From Carcharhinus longimanus (taxonomy: Eukaryota): a stretch of DNA of 64,000 bases. Made by a program: the position numbers and the translations under genes. The stretch is from assembly GCA_030264375.1 (NCBI GenBank), contig JASCQW010000081.1, positions 93,422,445 to 93,486,444 on the forward strand, in the 5' to 3' direction. Below are positions 42,201-57,200 of the stretch, piece after piece (within the stretch, counting starts at the first letter, position 1; the number at the start of each line of letters is the position of its first letter). Under the pieces are notes generated by a model. It was not told where the DNA came from and did no database searches. It saw nothing but the letters and a program-made list of their open reading frames with translations.

Positions 42201-45200
42201 TATGGAGCAAGATACCGAGCCTCAGGAGAACAGTGACCACAACACCACACAAACCTGCCACAGCAATCTCTGTAAGGCGTGTCGGATCACCACCACGGAT
42301 GTCATCATCTCACATGAGAACACCATCCACCAGGTACACGGCACGTACTCTTGTGACTCGGCCAACATTGTCGACCTGATTCACTGCAGAAAAGGATGAC
42401 TTGAATTATAGTACATTGGCGAGACAATCACCAGACAAGAGTGTTTCCTTCCTGTCGGGGAACACTTCAGCAGTCAAGAGCATTCAGCCTCTGATCTTTG
42501 GGTAAGCGATCGCAAATGAGGCCTTCACGACACACGAGAACACAGAATCGCTGAGCAGAAACTGATAACCAAGTTTTGCACACACGAGGATAGTCTCAAT
42601 CAGGATATTGGATTAATGCCGCACTATCTGTGGCCCCCACGAATTGCCTGCGTTTGTCAAACCTCACTAACTGTCGTGGCTGGAGACAATTCTCATCTAT
42701 TTAAACGATGTTTTACCTTCTCTCCACTTACAATGTCCGCGTCTGTGAAAACTCGATTACATGTTACGACTCGCATTCCAATCATTATTTTGTAATTGAA
42801 TTGGTGTCTATATATGTCCTGTTTGTGAACGGAACTCTTCACTCAGCTGTTGAAGTGGCAACGTTCCGAAACCTCGTGGTACCAAATAATCCTGTTGGAC
42901 TTTAGCTTGGTGTTGTGAGACTACTTATAGTGTCTACCCCAGTACAACGCCGGCACTCAACATCACAAAATTGCAATGGATGATTGAAACTCCAGTTGAA
43001 CCATTAGTTCATACTGCGGAGGATACAAAATTTTCAATTTCAACCTTTCGAACATGAGCGATATATTTATTTCCCATTTCGTGTACCCTGTTTCCTGTCT
43101 GCAAACGTCGTTTAAGTCATTGCTTTCTCTGCGATTTCTCGGACATGCAATTGTCTGCTTGCATTATTGCGATTCATCAGACTTCTGCATTTCCAGATTT
43201 TTGACTGGCTGACTGATACTTCTGATAAACATGAGATCAACTGCAACTGTGGCAGGGAATTCCGACAATAATTATCCATTTCCAATTATGCCTCACCGCT
43301 GTCCATAGTTTTTGCGATGACACATTCTTAGAGTGTTGAGAGATAGAAATGTGCATAATCAGGCTCTTGCATCTCTGAAGTAATTGCAATTGCATTTATT
43401 GTGAGGGCGATGTAAGGATTGGTGTATAACTTTGATATGGTCACTTTTCAGGTAACATGTACTAAACACTGTAAGTGATTTTCGCTTGCTGCCATTATGC
43501 GTTATCAAAATATCAATTTGACCTGTTCCAAAACAGCCTCCTGGCCGCGCACACTAAAGGATGTATTGCAATAGTAATACGTGGAATATAAATTAATTTG
43601 ATCACAAGGCTACCAGTGTTGTTTTTACTTTTTTTGTTCTGAATGTCGCACTACATGTACAGTCACAATTTAAGAAATATTAAATAGAAAGTAATTTATC
43701 CACTCAATTGTACCTGAATCAAGAAAGGTGACATTTTATGGCCGCGCTCCCCCGAAACCGGAAAAATCCACCAAGATCAACACACTTTTCCGAGCTCACC
43801 AGCTCTTATTCCCGATGTGGGCGGAATGAGAAAATTGGCCGTAATTGTCTTTGCGTGAAAAATTGTTAATTTTGCATTTGTTACTCTTCAATCTTCCCGG
43901 GACAACGTGCCACTCCCCTGCATCGGGACGTTTAACTTTGAGTGTGGTGCAACAGAATTGGACATTAGTCGCATCAGATAATGCAACCTGCAAAGAATAT
44001 TTACCTTTCTCACGGTCAGTCACGGAATCTGATGTCAGATTTAAAAAGTCAAAATGACAATTGATGATTGCATGACAATAAATAATGCCGCACACGTTAT
44101 GGATCTAAATGTATTAATTCAATGAAAAAAGACAATAACATCGAGTTTCCATTGTTTAAGAATTTCATTTCGATACTCAAATTTTTACTTTTCGTCCAAT
44201 ATATATTTTTTTTCAATACATAGAATTTATTTTTTGTCATACAGGTTCGTCAAATTAATGTCAATACTTATCGANNNNNNNNNNCTTCACCGGAGATGCA
44301 ATGCAATCGCACTAGAAACTACCACTGCGTTTTTCAAGCTTTAATATTAAACATTACTACCAAGAAAACGATTATCAAAATTGGAAATGAATTTTCTTTG
44401 GGATAATGCAAGATGCGTGTTTTGCAACTTTTGTGTAAAAGTAAACCAAATAAATTGCAAAATACAGCAGAGGTGTGCCGAGATTGAGCAAATGTGTGAT
44501 TGATCTGAGATTGTAATGTCGAAAGCAAATTCGTTACGTTCATAAACTGATTTTTCAATATAAGAATGCAGGAATTTATCACGAAATCACGCGCCATCTA
44601 ATTTCGACGGAACTTTCTTCTCTAATACAAAAAAAAGTCGAGATGGCCATCACTAAAAGCAAATTCATAATTACTGTCCATTATCTATTCACTTATAACA
44701 CTGCAAGGGAGTATGACGTTCCCAAAGCTGCATTCTTTTGATTTTAGACTGGAGGAGAAGCAGAGTCATCATTTATTTGGATTACAACATACACCTATTT
44801 CAGGAAACGTATCGTAATTTATTGATTTACTGACTGGGAAATGTTGAGACCTTACTTTTCAATGCCCGGTTGAGTACACCGTGGAATGGAAATCGTAAAA
44901 AAAATACAGAGAGTGTCATCATAGAAAATTGTGTTCAACAAAACATGCAAAGCCTAATAATAGGCAGGAACTTAAATACACCGAGTAGTGTGATGTACAT
45001 CTTTTTGGCATAAATGACAGCGAGTAGAGTTGCAGCGTTGTCAGTATGCGTGTTTGTGTTTAGAGGAACCTCAGTACGTTGATGCATGTCTTGAAAATGT
45101 ACAGAACATTTTGACGGAACAGTTAGCTAGAGAGACTCTCAAACTACCTCGAAAATATGCCGCATACTTGTAGGCAGTGTCTGTTTAGTACAACAAGGTG

Positions 45201-48200
45201 ATTTCATTGTTCATGGGTCTTCTTTGATTCTGATCTTCATATTCCAACTGCAATCGAAGTACAGTGAACAGGCTTGGCGTTTTATTTTTGCTTCTGTTCA
45301 TCTTCCTGATATGTTCACCGCCTTTAACACAACAACGTTTCACAAAACGCTGGGAAAAATGGTTGTACGACAATTCTTTGTTGTTCCATTCATTCCTTCC
45401 CATAAAAAATGGCATGTGCTCAGTCATCCTGCTTAAGTAAAGCCGTAAGGTAGGATTTAGCCTCCAAACGGCAGCAAATACATTGCAGTAGCCTTCAGGG
45501 GGTTTTTTTCTGTTATCTTCGAACCTATTATTTTCCTTCCGTCCTGCAATGTGAGGAGTTTATATGCATTAATTTCTCTCAGTCAGCCCTGCTTTATCAA
45601 TGTTGTATTGCTCAATCTGCTGTTGGATGAATCATGAGATTCTTGATATGCCAATCAGTGATCGTCAAATTACTCAGAGTCATAAGCAGCCCGGGTATGC
45701 CAGTTGGCGTCAATTGTTTGCTTAAGTCGTTATCAGTTGAAACTGCTGCCTGGAACACTGCTCTGCGTCTTCGCTATGAAGGCTGAAACAGCAAATTGCT
45801 ATGAGCCTCTACAAAGCAAACATTTTTTTCTTGTTTTGTCAAAAATGAATGAATGCGAACGTTCAGCCTAAATGCCTCTCTTTTTTGAAGATGCCGTGGG
45901 GGAAATCATTTCTGCTATCTTCCTTGTTGGTTCTGGTTAACAGTTTTTGACCAGTGTAAGAGAAGCGTCAAACCTCTTGTATCAGGTGGCAAAGAATGAT
46001 GAAGCAAGGGGAGCACATGCGACTCACTGCTGACGACTGCATAACATTTGCAAGGAGCCGAATCAATTGTCTTCTGCTCTAAAGTGAATGCCTTCCGGAA
46101 TGGCGGTGGATAATTCGAACATTCAAATACAACAACAGGAACTGCTCGTATGGGGCGTGGTAGATATCATGGAGGCTTGTTCACTGAATCTTTGCCTACA
46201 TACAGTGAATGGAATCTGTGACAGAGAATCTTACCATGCCCTCACCCCTGCAAGATTCCGGGAAACCACACTTTTCCCATTGCTAATCTCTGTAACCGAC
46301 ACTTTCGGGACACTTTTATCACATGTTCCACATACATACTACAGTAATATTTGACAGACCTCATCAATGGAAGCTCAGTACTTTGATGCATTTAATTGAA
46401 CTGCCATGTACGTTGTGACCATCACTGGAAGAAATCGATAGCCCGTATCAATACGAATATTCTTGGAAAACATTCCAGCATTGCTTTTATTTTCTAATTT
46501 CATTGTTTAATTGAAGGAAATAACCCACAGTCGAATAAATAATTCACAGAAAAGTGTGTTCAAAACAGTACAAAGAACGATTGCATGCTGGGGTGCTGTA
46601 AAAGATATATTGTTTCTCCAGGCTGGAAGTCAAGGGAAAATTGAGAAATATCTTATTGAAAACCTGCCGATACGGATGATGACGACCATCCGTATATCAT
46701 AATGTCGTGATGATGACTTGATCAATAAGCAACAATGCTTCATTGAATGTACCGCCGATTAATCGAGGATGCCAACTACTTCCATAAATCTAAAACAAGA
46801 TCTACATTTGTTATTGCTCCAGCAATGCAAGCTGGCACGCAAGACACCAAAGCAAAGCTAGAAGCATAACTTATCCTTTTGCCCCCCCACGCCCCCCCCC
46901 AATTTTTTTTTCCGCAACTGAGTTTGATCATGGATTATTTCAGATGCAAAGCCATTTTCTCTCTTGTCCTCCATAGTGCTTAATATCAAAGGCATCAATC
47001 AATTTTCTGCAACATGGTATCACGTGCGCCGAGTGACACTTTCTTAACTGAAGAAATCTCACCTCAGCTCAGCCATAAATCGCAAGAGGACTATTTTAAA
47101 ATGGTCTTTCTTCTCCATTTCAAAACCGACAATGCCTGAGTGGACAAGACATCTTCCATTTCTTGTACGATGCCTTTCGATCATTTCAAAGTGGCGATGG
47201 GTATGTTAGCAGTGGAATACCGGCACGTTGGTTAGCACTGCTGCCTCAGAGCTCCAGGGTGTCTGTCTGATCTTCATGAATCTGCATGAGCTTTCTATGG
47301 GTGTTCTATGTCGCTCCAACACCCCAAAATTTCAAGCTAGGTTGCAGTGAAAAAATGTTCCTGAGTGCATGTTAGCTTCTTTACCCATGGTGAAGGTAGA
47401 TGTTTAACCAGGCAGCACGGGCGCGCCTGGTTCACCTTCTCATTTGAAGAACCTTTGTAGTCCACCTGCACTGTCAGGTATCTCTGGTTTCTATGGATGG
47501 TGAATCTGCCCCGCACACGTTGGAACACACATCATGCACAGACCTTAATCTGTTATAAGGACATAAGAACATAAGAAATAGGAGCAGGAGTAGGCCATCT
47601 AGCCCCTCGAGCCTGCCCCGCCATTCAATANNNNNNNNNNNNNNNNNNNNNNNNNNNNNNNNNNNNNNNNNNNNNNNNNNNNNNNNNNNNNNNNNNNNNN
47701 NNNNNNNNNNNNNNNNNNNNNNNNNNNNNNCACTCCCCCAATCAACATTCGCCAATTCCTCTCTCATCCTACCATACTCCCCTCTGTTCAAACAAAGGAC
47801 ACACGTCCGGGAACCCACTTCCTCCTCCTCCATCTGCATCAGAAACTCCACCATACAATGATCACTCTTCCCAAGAAGATCCTTCACCAGAAGGTCCCTA
47901 ATTCTACCCGCGTCCGGTGCGTCATGGCGCGTCTGGCTGAAACATTATCAGTTGTAACACATCTGTGTCGAGAAAAGACATTTTATAAACTCTTTCAAAA
48001 CGGGATTGCCTGGGGGCACATTGACTAGCATTGCTGCCTCATAGCCCAGAGGCCCTGGTTCAATTCTGGACTTGGCTGACTTCCTGTGTGGAGTTTTCAC
48101 CACTGTCTAGCTGCGTTTCTACCAGGTGCTCCGATTCCCCTCACAGTTCAAAAATATTTAGGTTAGATAGATTCGCCAAGCTGAGTTGATGCTTAATATC

Positions 48201-51200
48201 CCCGGATATGTGTTTTAGAGGCAATTTCTGAGAAATACTTTGGGTAACACGGATAGTTTCTGGGGAAAGGGAGCTCTGTTGGACGGTTTGGAGGCTCGAT
48301 GAACCAAGTGAAGTCCTTCTGTACTGTAAGCTTTCTGTAATTCGATAATAAAAAAAGTTTCTTCATAGTGCAAAGCAATCCTGATTACTGTAAATCCAAA
48401 TTGGAAATCTACATCCTGTGTTCCACAATTTGGAGGCATGTCATGATACTCTCCACCATCCCCACCCCCCACCCCCCACCCCGCAGACCCCCAAGCAGAA
48501 TTGCAATTATTCAGAGAAACTGAATTGCAGAATGCACTCTTCGGCCTGTAACATGAACAAAATATCATACAAGAGCCTCTTGCGACCAGCAATCAGATGG
48601 CCGCATTAAGAAGTCTTAGGTTATGCAACCTGCCCGTTTGCTAGAAAGGTCGAGTCCCTGACTCTGGGCCAAGTTATTATCTGAGTATTCATTGCAGTGG
48701 ATGCGTTTCTCTGAAAAAAAAACGGGACATTCTACAGTCAGTCACCCTCTCATCGGAAGGAACATTCTGCTTGTATTCTGATTCAGAATGATAGCCAAAT
48801 GTAAAACCCATAATTGAATGTTAAGTGTTCATACATTTGAACCTCTTCAGTTTCATTTTTCCTCCCCTCTCCCCACACCACCACCCCCCACCTCCCGCCG
48901 CCCTTTTATTCTGTGTACATTATTTGGATTGTTAGCGTGAAACCACTCTTGTGTGTGAGTGCGTGTGTGTAATGATGAACGCCCGTTTAAAGTCATTATT
49001 TTTTTTTGGAGAATTTCCAACTATAAGAGTTGGGCAACCCATTTTAAGTCAGAAGTAATACATCTGTTTGTGGATGGATAGAGAGTAAGAGATCAACTAG
49101 TATCCTGAACAGCAGTTGCCCCTTTAATCCCCCCACCCCCGCCGCCAGCCACCCACAACTCCCACCCACGAATGGTAAAGCGACAAAATGCAACATGAGA
49201 CCTCCCTTTCTACAGATCTTTCAAAGAAAGCCTGCGCGTCGATCCCCCTGCTTTCCCCAGTGAACCGGTAGGTATTGAGTGCGACGAAACAACACCAATT
49301 CTGTCGTTTTGCAGCCTAGCCAGTGTGATACCTTGCTTTTTATTCTATATTTTGTCGAGCTGCTTCACACACATCCGATTACTGAGGCAGATCACCGTAT
49401 AGCACCTTCAAACGTTGTCGAAGATACAAGTGGCTGAAAAGCTTAACCTACACCAGTTATAAGTGAAGTCAGAATATATTAGATAAACGAAATCCAAAGG
49501 CAAAGGAATCTCAAATCATACTCACATTGATCGAAAGGACAGACGTCCAGATTCAAAAAAAGTCAACGTGAAGGTGACATAGAGAGTGTAATTCCCCCGT
49601 TAATACTCAGATTCGAGTCTTCGTGCGAATGCTAGAATTCCTACACATTTCTGAGTTTCCTAATTACCCCTTCCATGACTGCACAGGGAAAATGAAAACT
49701 ATTGAGTTGGAATAGATTTTTTTTTTAGGAAGAAGACGTGTCAATGTCGAGACGTGAAATATGCGGACTGTGGCTGTGCTCCAGAAAAGCCCACACAAAG
49801 GAAAACGTGATTATGCCATGATCGTTCATAACGTTGTTAATGACAGAAGCATTAGCGGTTGCCACGCAATGGTTTCCATTTAGATATATCCAAAAAAGCG
49901 TGACTCCAAGAATAAGTAAATATTTATTCCACATAACCAACCACCTTATAGCCCTCAAAATGAATTGCGGGAGGACTTGAACTCGTATGGCAGGGGTGGG
50001 GACGCAGTAAAAGGCTAGAAAATGAAATGACCGAGGGATACTAGGAGACTGCGGCCAGTAAGTACAAGTAGAAGACTGTCATGGAGAGGTTATTCAAAAT
50101 TGAATGACTGGCTCTCCGAATTGTAATTTATCTTCCTGCGTGAAGAAGGACATTCAAGAACTTGAATTCGAAATTGCAACTATAATGTTGTAGCTATTAT
50201 AGAGACTTGTTTCAGAAGGGGAGGGGGTGCTGGAGGGGGTCAATACTGGAGGCTTAACGTTCCATGATTTTGATTGTTCATGTTTGATAGTCAGGGATGT
50301 AAAAGCGGTCGGAGAATTGCAGTATTGATTTGAGAGAAAAATCATAGCTGCTCTGGAGGAAGAGGATAGCGCCAAGGAGATTGACAGCGAGGCCATATGG
50401 TTAGAGGTCAGTAACAGGGAGGGTACAGTTGCTGGGTTTGTAGTAACGGCGTCCCAACAGCCAGCGGAAGTTAGTGGAATAGATTTGTCGAGAGGTTATT
50501 CAAAATATAGGAACAACAAGGTTGTTGTTGTGGGTGATTTTGACTTCCCTTATATTTGCTGTGATTCACTTAGTGCTAGGTGATTGAATCAGGGAGATTT
50601 TGTTCGATGCGACTCGATGGGTTTCGGAAAGCAAGACTCGGACAATTCAAATAAGGAAGGGGTCATACCAGACCTGGTATTGCAGAATGAACTGGTCAAA
50701 ATAGTCAAAGTGTTAGTGAAGAAGAATTTTGGCAAAAGTGGCATAATTTCCCTAAGTTTTAAGTTACTTATGGTTAAGCAAAGGGCCACAAGATGGAGCA
50801 GTAGTTAGTACTGTTGCCTCACAGTGCCTGGGGACCAGGGTCAATTCCAGCCGCGGGTCACTGACGGTGTAGAGATTGCACATTCTCCCCAAGTCAGCAT
50901 TTTTTTTTTCTCCAGCTGATCTGGTTGTCTGCCACCGTCGGAAGATAGGATTTTTATGTTCATTGGCCATGCTATATTGACACTACTGTCAGGGGATTAA
51001 TAGGGAAATATATGGGTTTGTGTGAATAAGCACCTGAGTGGGATTGTGGTTGATGCAGGCTAAATGGGCTTCCTTCCGCATGGATTATATCATTTTATTA
51101 TTTTAAGGATAAGAATAGATTCCTGTTGAAAGTTAAGCAATGCAGGAAGGCTAAGTATGATAACAGGAACTTGGGAACTTAGATTGGCTGTGGATTTGAT

Positions 51201-54200
51201 GGTACACACTGTCATGCTGGACTCCTTTAAAAACAGTTGATTGGAGTTCAGCATCGGCATATTTCGTGAAAATGAAGGATAGAGATTCTAATATATGGGA
51301 AATTTGGATGACAAGAGAAGTTGTGTGGTGTGTCAAAAAGAAGAACGTGAGCCATGCATACATTTTAAGAAAGTGAAGGGAGACACAGACCTTGAACAAT
51401 ATAATAATAAAAATGTAGAAATATAAACCAAAAACAATGAACTAAAAAAAGAAAAAAAATGAACAAAAATGGCAAATAAAAATAAAAATATTAAAATAAT
51501 ACTAACTATATCTAGAATATCANNNNNNNNNNNNNNNNNNNNNNNNNNNNNNNNNNNNNNNNNNNNNNNNNNNNNNNNNNNNNNNNNNNNNNNNNNNNNN
51601 NNNNNNNNNNNNNNNNNNNNNNTGGCAGTGCATTCCAGGCCCCCACCACCCTCTGTGTGAAAAACCTCCCTCTAACATCCGAGTTATACCTCGCCCCCCC
51701 TCACCCTAAGCCCGTGGCCCCTCGTAATTATTGTATACAACCCAGGAAAAAAGCTTACCACTGTTCACTTTATCTATACCCTTCATAATCTTACACATCT
51801 CGATGAGATCTGCCCTCATTCGCCGCCTTTCTAAGGAGAACAGCTCCAATTTGCCCAATAATTCCGGTGTCCTTGGCAAACAGGATTAAAGAAATGCCCA
51901 AGACATTTCATGCGTAATTACCGAGTTAGAGGATAGCTCGGAAAGTGTTTTCTGCCAATAGGAAATTGATTCGATCTGTTGGGGACAACTGATATAAACC
52001 CATCTGCCAGCTGACTGGCCCAATCACAACCACTTTCTCCTAGATAATGAACGTGCGTTCCTTGACTAAAAATTCTGGAAAATGAGCTGGCGCTGCTTCC
52101 TCAGCAGCACTGAAGTAATCCGTTGGACTACACGTCATCACTGCCGACCATATCCGCAAGTAAATCATACGTTGCAAATCCGGAAAGCATTGTTGTTCAC
52201 GATAAAGTGTAATTATTCACTTTTCCGCTAATAAAAAAAAGGGGCACAAGACACGGCATCGTTCGACATCAAGCATATCAATTGTAATGAAGATAAAGTT
52301 GCACAAGTCCCAGATGACCATATCTGCTCTTCCCCTCAAAAAAGAGCGCTCAATTATGGTGATTTACCCAGATGGTCAGCATCCCTCAGGCAAGGGGCAA
52401 AGTTGAAAAGACATTCTGGCTGAATAATCTAAGCACATACAACATTCATCCCGCTCATTACAAACCAGCCGATTCTGCTATCTGACCGATAATAATAGCT
52501 GCAGACGTAATGGAAGATTTCATTGAGTTAAACCATGCCTGCATTTGAGTCCAAGTGATCCGATTATCAGCAACTATTCGGTGTTGTGCCAGAGAAGAAA
52601 ATGTAGCGAACGTGTTCAAGTGGACGTGTTAGTATACTTGTAAGGATAGCCATTTGGGGAAACTGATATATTTTGTTAAAATAGTTCGCATTGGAAAATA
52701 TTGTGGATGCAAATTGGAAATTATGACGACTGCTCTCGGTTCGCAAATTCATTTATTTTATTAAGAATGCAATGAAGTTAACAGTAAAAATCCTCAACTG
52801 GATTAATGCTGGCTCTTCAAACTTTTTTCTACAACAGTTTGTCTCATTTGTTTCTATGGAGGTGCAGGGATGTTTTGATCTTGAGTCTCGCAATCCATTC
52901 CAATGTTGAAACTTCCGCAGTCTAAGTGACAGCGCGGTTACCAAACACTGATCTTGTCGGGAGCAGGCTCATATTGTGGGGTGTGTTGGAAATTAAGCTT
53001 TGAGAGAGATGCGTGAGTGGGTCGTGGCTATATGCCAGTCACAATCTAAAACCTACTTTGCCATCTTCCTGTGGAATTCGTGGTTGTACAGTTCGTTGCC
53101 ATTCCTGGAGTGATTGAACCAAGTCGTGTTTTCCTTGGAATAGTTTGACCTGAGACTATCTAATAAACATAAGTTATCTTTCTGTGTCTGTGAAGATGTA
53201 GGTCAGTCTGGAAGGTTTCAATGGAAGGAGGGTTGTTGTCAGAATCGAGAGCTCGAATGTGGCCAAATGGTATTTATATTAAAGGCGGTATCAAATTATT
53301 AACTTGATTTTTTTGGTCTGGCTATCATTCCATCTCAGCGAATTCCAAAGGAAAGAAGAGTGCGTTTGCTTCAAAAATGTTGGCATATAATTCCACATCC
53401 ACCGTGACTTTGCATATTAATTGTCCCCAGTTTCAAACATTCGCCACTATACAGAACCCAGTTTGATTATGCTGAAGGTATATAGCTCCGACATCATTAA
53501 TGCTTTCAGTCACATTTTCCTTCCGCCAGATAACAAGCTCAAGGCCACGGAAATGTTGATCTGTCAAAAGGCCCAGGAAGTGAAGAAAACAACTTTACTC
53601 CGAAAAAAAAAGATAAATTGGATTTCTGTAAAGTGTGTTTGGGGACTGGATTCATAGCGATATTTTTAGAGTCAATCTTTCGTTAAACAAAAGTTTTCAG
53701 CACATCTGCGATCCATCTTCAAACCAACGAAGTGCTAAATACATGGGAAAAATAAAGCATTAAATAACGTTGGACTAAACAGGTGAAAATTGCAGCCTCT
53801 TTATGAGCTGGAACAGACCAAGCTTTATTGTGTCTTTTCTCTTGAATATATCCTCGGCGTGAAATAGTTTTCTTTATTTCACTCCTACACCCCACAACTG
53901 CTGACGCAAATTATTGGAAATGGAATTGACATGAGTTATTTACTCACTTGTATGCTCCTTAAGTGTTTTGATTTCTGTGGAAGGGGCGTGAAATCATTAA
54001 AATAATGCATGAAAAGGAAGACCACCAAATTAAATTGAGAATACTGCTGATACTGATTGCCAAACAAAAACATTAAATGCGCCGAGCTCTGACAAAGGGT
54101 TATCCTGATAGGAAAACTTGGCTCTATTCTATCTGTCAGATACTATCAGACCTACATTTTATGGGATTTATGTGCTGGTCAATTATGCCCTTCAATTTCT

Positions 54201-57200
54201 GGAATCAGTTCACAATGGAGTCATGAACTAAACGGAAAATGGAACGCTCAACAATGAGTGAAGTTCTCCAGAGTATTCAACAACAAATTAGAATAAAAAT
54301 CTCGAGAGTTCTAAGTGAGAATAAAATGTTACAATCGAAAATCGCACGGTACTTATTAGTGATAAGAGGTGGCTATGCAAGTTAACGTTAAATCTATATA
54401 TCCAGTTCCATCAACTGACGAAAATTAAAATCATCACCAAGGATACTGAATGGAAATTCATGCAAATATACAGGTACTTGACTTTATTCAGGCGTTTGTC
54501 GGGAAGGTCGACTGCTCGGAAAAACACTTTTCGACTTTAATTCAACAACAAACACATCATATGTTCTGTCTGACTTAATAAATAATGCTCCAGGAATAAT
54601 GTGATAATAGCAGAGAAGTATTTCAGGGTAAATGAAATCTACTTCCCTTTTTAGTCGACAGGTTAATTGTAAATTAGTGCTAGCATATTTGGTGCACGAT
54701 GTGGCAATCCGATGAAGACAAAAAAAATCCAATGAAAGTTTTGCTGTTGCGAGAAAATGTGGCAAAAATGCATAAGATCACTGCGGCCGAATCATTATAT
54801 AGGTGCTGTATGTGTATATGACGGGAGGACGGCATTGGTGGTGGTGACAGAGATGTACATGTCCATGATGATGCGGCTAGGCATTATGGCCGCCGTACTC
54901 AACACACGAAGAAATCAGATTATTTCAGTATCAGTGCCGAATAATTAAAACGTGCGCGTGCATGCGTGAGTGCCTGCTTGCTTGCGTGAGTTCATGCGTG
55001 CGTATGCGATTCTTTGTGCCTTTGTCTCTTTCTTTGTCTGTGAGAGATTGAATACATTAAGATTCATTCAAATGGTATTCGATGAAACAAGAAAGATCAA
55101 ACACTCTGGTTTCATCTTGTAACAGAGGTATTTTGGCTTGAATGAAGATTTTTTTTTTTACCGTCATCTCTGGAACGTAGAACGTCAGCTGCAGAAAAAT
55201 ATGCGCAGGACAATCAATTTTTATACACATTGAGTGAAGTTTATTTTCGTACATTTGTATCGAAGGCGTCTGAAATGCATACATGATGATGCAGTTAGGC
55301 ATTATGACCGTCAGGCTCAACGCACGAAGAAATCAGATTATTTCAGTATCAGTGCCAAATGAAGCGAACAAAAAAAAAATCGTGTGGATAGGAAATGGCA
55401 ATTGTTAATTGTTTAGACGAGTCTGGTGAAACATATAAACTACAGCACAAACAGGCCCTTCTACCCACAAGTTGCGCCGAAAATTTCCCTACCTACTAGG
55501 CTTACCTATAACCCTCTATCTTACTAAGTTTCATGTACTTATCCAAAAGTCTCTTAAAAGACCCTATCGAATCCGCCTCCACCAACACTGCCGGCAGCCG
55601 ATTACACACACCCACCTCCCTCTGAGTGAAAACCTTACCCTGACATCTCCTCCAAACCTACGCCCCAGCACCCTAAACCTGTGTCTCTTGTGGCAGCCAT
55701 TTCAGCCCTGGGAAATGCCTCTGAGAATTCACTCGGCTAGTACCTGTCATGATCTTATGTCCCTCTATCAGGTCACCTCTCATCTTTCATCTCTCCAAGG
55801 ATGAAAGACTTGATCTCTCTCACCCTATCCTCAAATCGCATGCCACCCAATCCAAACAACCTTGTAAATCTCTTCTGCACCCTTTCTCAGGCTTCCTCAT
55901 TCTTTCTGTAATGAGGCGACCAAAACTGGGCACAGTACCCCAAGTGGGCTCTGACCAGGGTCTTATATACTGAAGCATTATCTTCCGACTCCTAAACTCA
56001 ATTCTTCGATTGATGAATGCCAGTACACCATACACCTTCTTAACCACAGCCTCTACCTGCGCAGCTGCTTTGAGCGTCCTATGAACCCGGACTCCAAGAT
56101 CCTTCTGATCTTCCACACTGCCAATAATCTTACACTTAATATTATATTTTGTCATCCTATTTGACCTGCCAAAATGAANNNNNNNNNNNNNNNNNNNNNN
56201 NNNNNNNNNNNNNNNNNNNNNNNNNNNNNNNNNNNNNNNNNNNNNNNNNNNNNNNNNNNNNNNNNNNNNNNNNNNNNNNNNNNNNNNNNNNNNNNNNNNN
56301 NNNNNNNNNNNNNNNNNNNNNNNNNNNNNNNNNNNNNNNNNNNNNNNNNNNNNNNNNNNNNNNNNNNNNNNNNNNNNNNNNNNNNNNNNNNNNNNNNNNN
56401 NNNNNNNNNNNNNNNNNNNNNNNNNNNNNNNNNNNNNNNNNNNNNNNNNNNNNNNNNNNNNNNNNNNNNNNNNNNNNNNNNNNNNNNNNTCCCCCCGCGA
56501 TCCCACGCCCCCTCACTTTCTCAATAAGCCTCGCATGGGGCACGTTATCAAACGCCTTCCTGAAGTCCATATAAACTGTGTCTTCCTTCATCGATGTGTT
56601 TAGACACATTCTCAAAAAAATCAGTCAGGCTTGTGAGGCATGATGTGCCTTTAACAAAGCCGTGCAGACTATTCTTGATCATACAATGCCTCTCCAAATG
56701 TTCATAAATCCTGCCTCTCAAGATCTTCTCCATAAACTTATCAACCACTGAGGTTAGACTCACTGGTCTATAATTACCTGGGCTATCTCTTCTCTCTTTC
56801 TTGAATAAAGGAATCACATCTGCAATCCTCCAATCCTCCAGAACCTTCCCTGTCTCCAACGGTGACGCAAGGACCATTGCCAGAGGCTCAGCAATCTCTT
56901 CCCTCACCTCCCACAGTAACCTGGGGCACATCCCATCCGGGCCCAGCAACTCATCTGGCTTGATGTTTTTCAAAAGCACCAACACATCCTCTTTCGTGAT
57001 GTCTATATGCACAAGCTTTTCAGTCTGCTGTAAGTCTGCACTAAAACCACCACGATTCTTTTCCACTGTAAATACTGAAGTAAAGTATTCATGGAGTACC
57101 TCTGCTACTTCTATTGGTTCTATACAAACTTTCCTACTGTCACACTGATAGGTCCTATTCCTTCACGTCTTATCCTCTTGTTCTTCACATACTTGTAGAA

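Noticed and set aside
43297-43326. 30-nt phase-1 candidate exon ECVIAKTMDS (a similar 30-nt candidate lies near 13975-14004)
   Set aside because: Weak splice site, atypical length and no similarity to the exon classes; cannot be excluded without RNA data.
43796-44095. Overlapping ORFs with signal-peptide-like (+) or Ig-like (-) appearance
   Set aside because: Non-ATG starts and no Ig Cys/Trp pattern; only the 24-nt exon 44005-44028 is supported.
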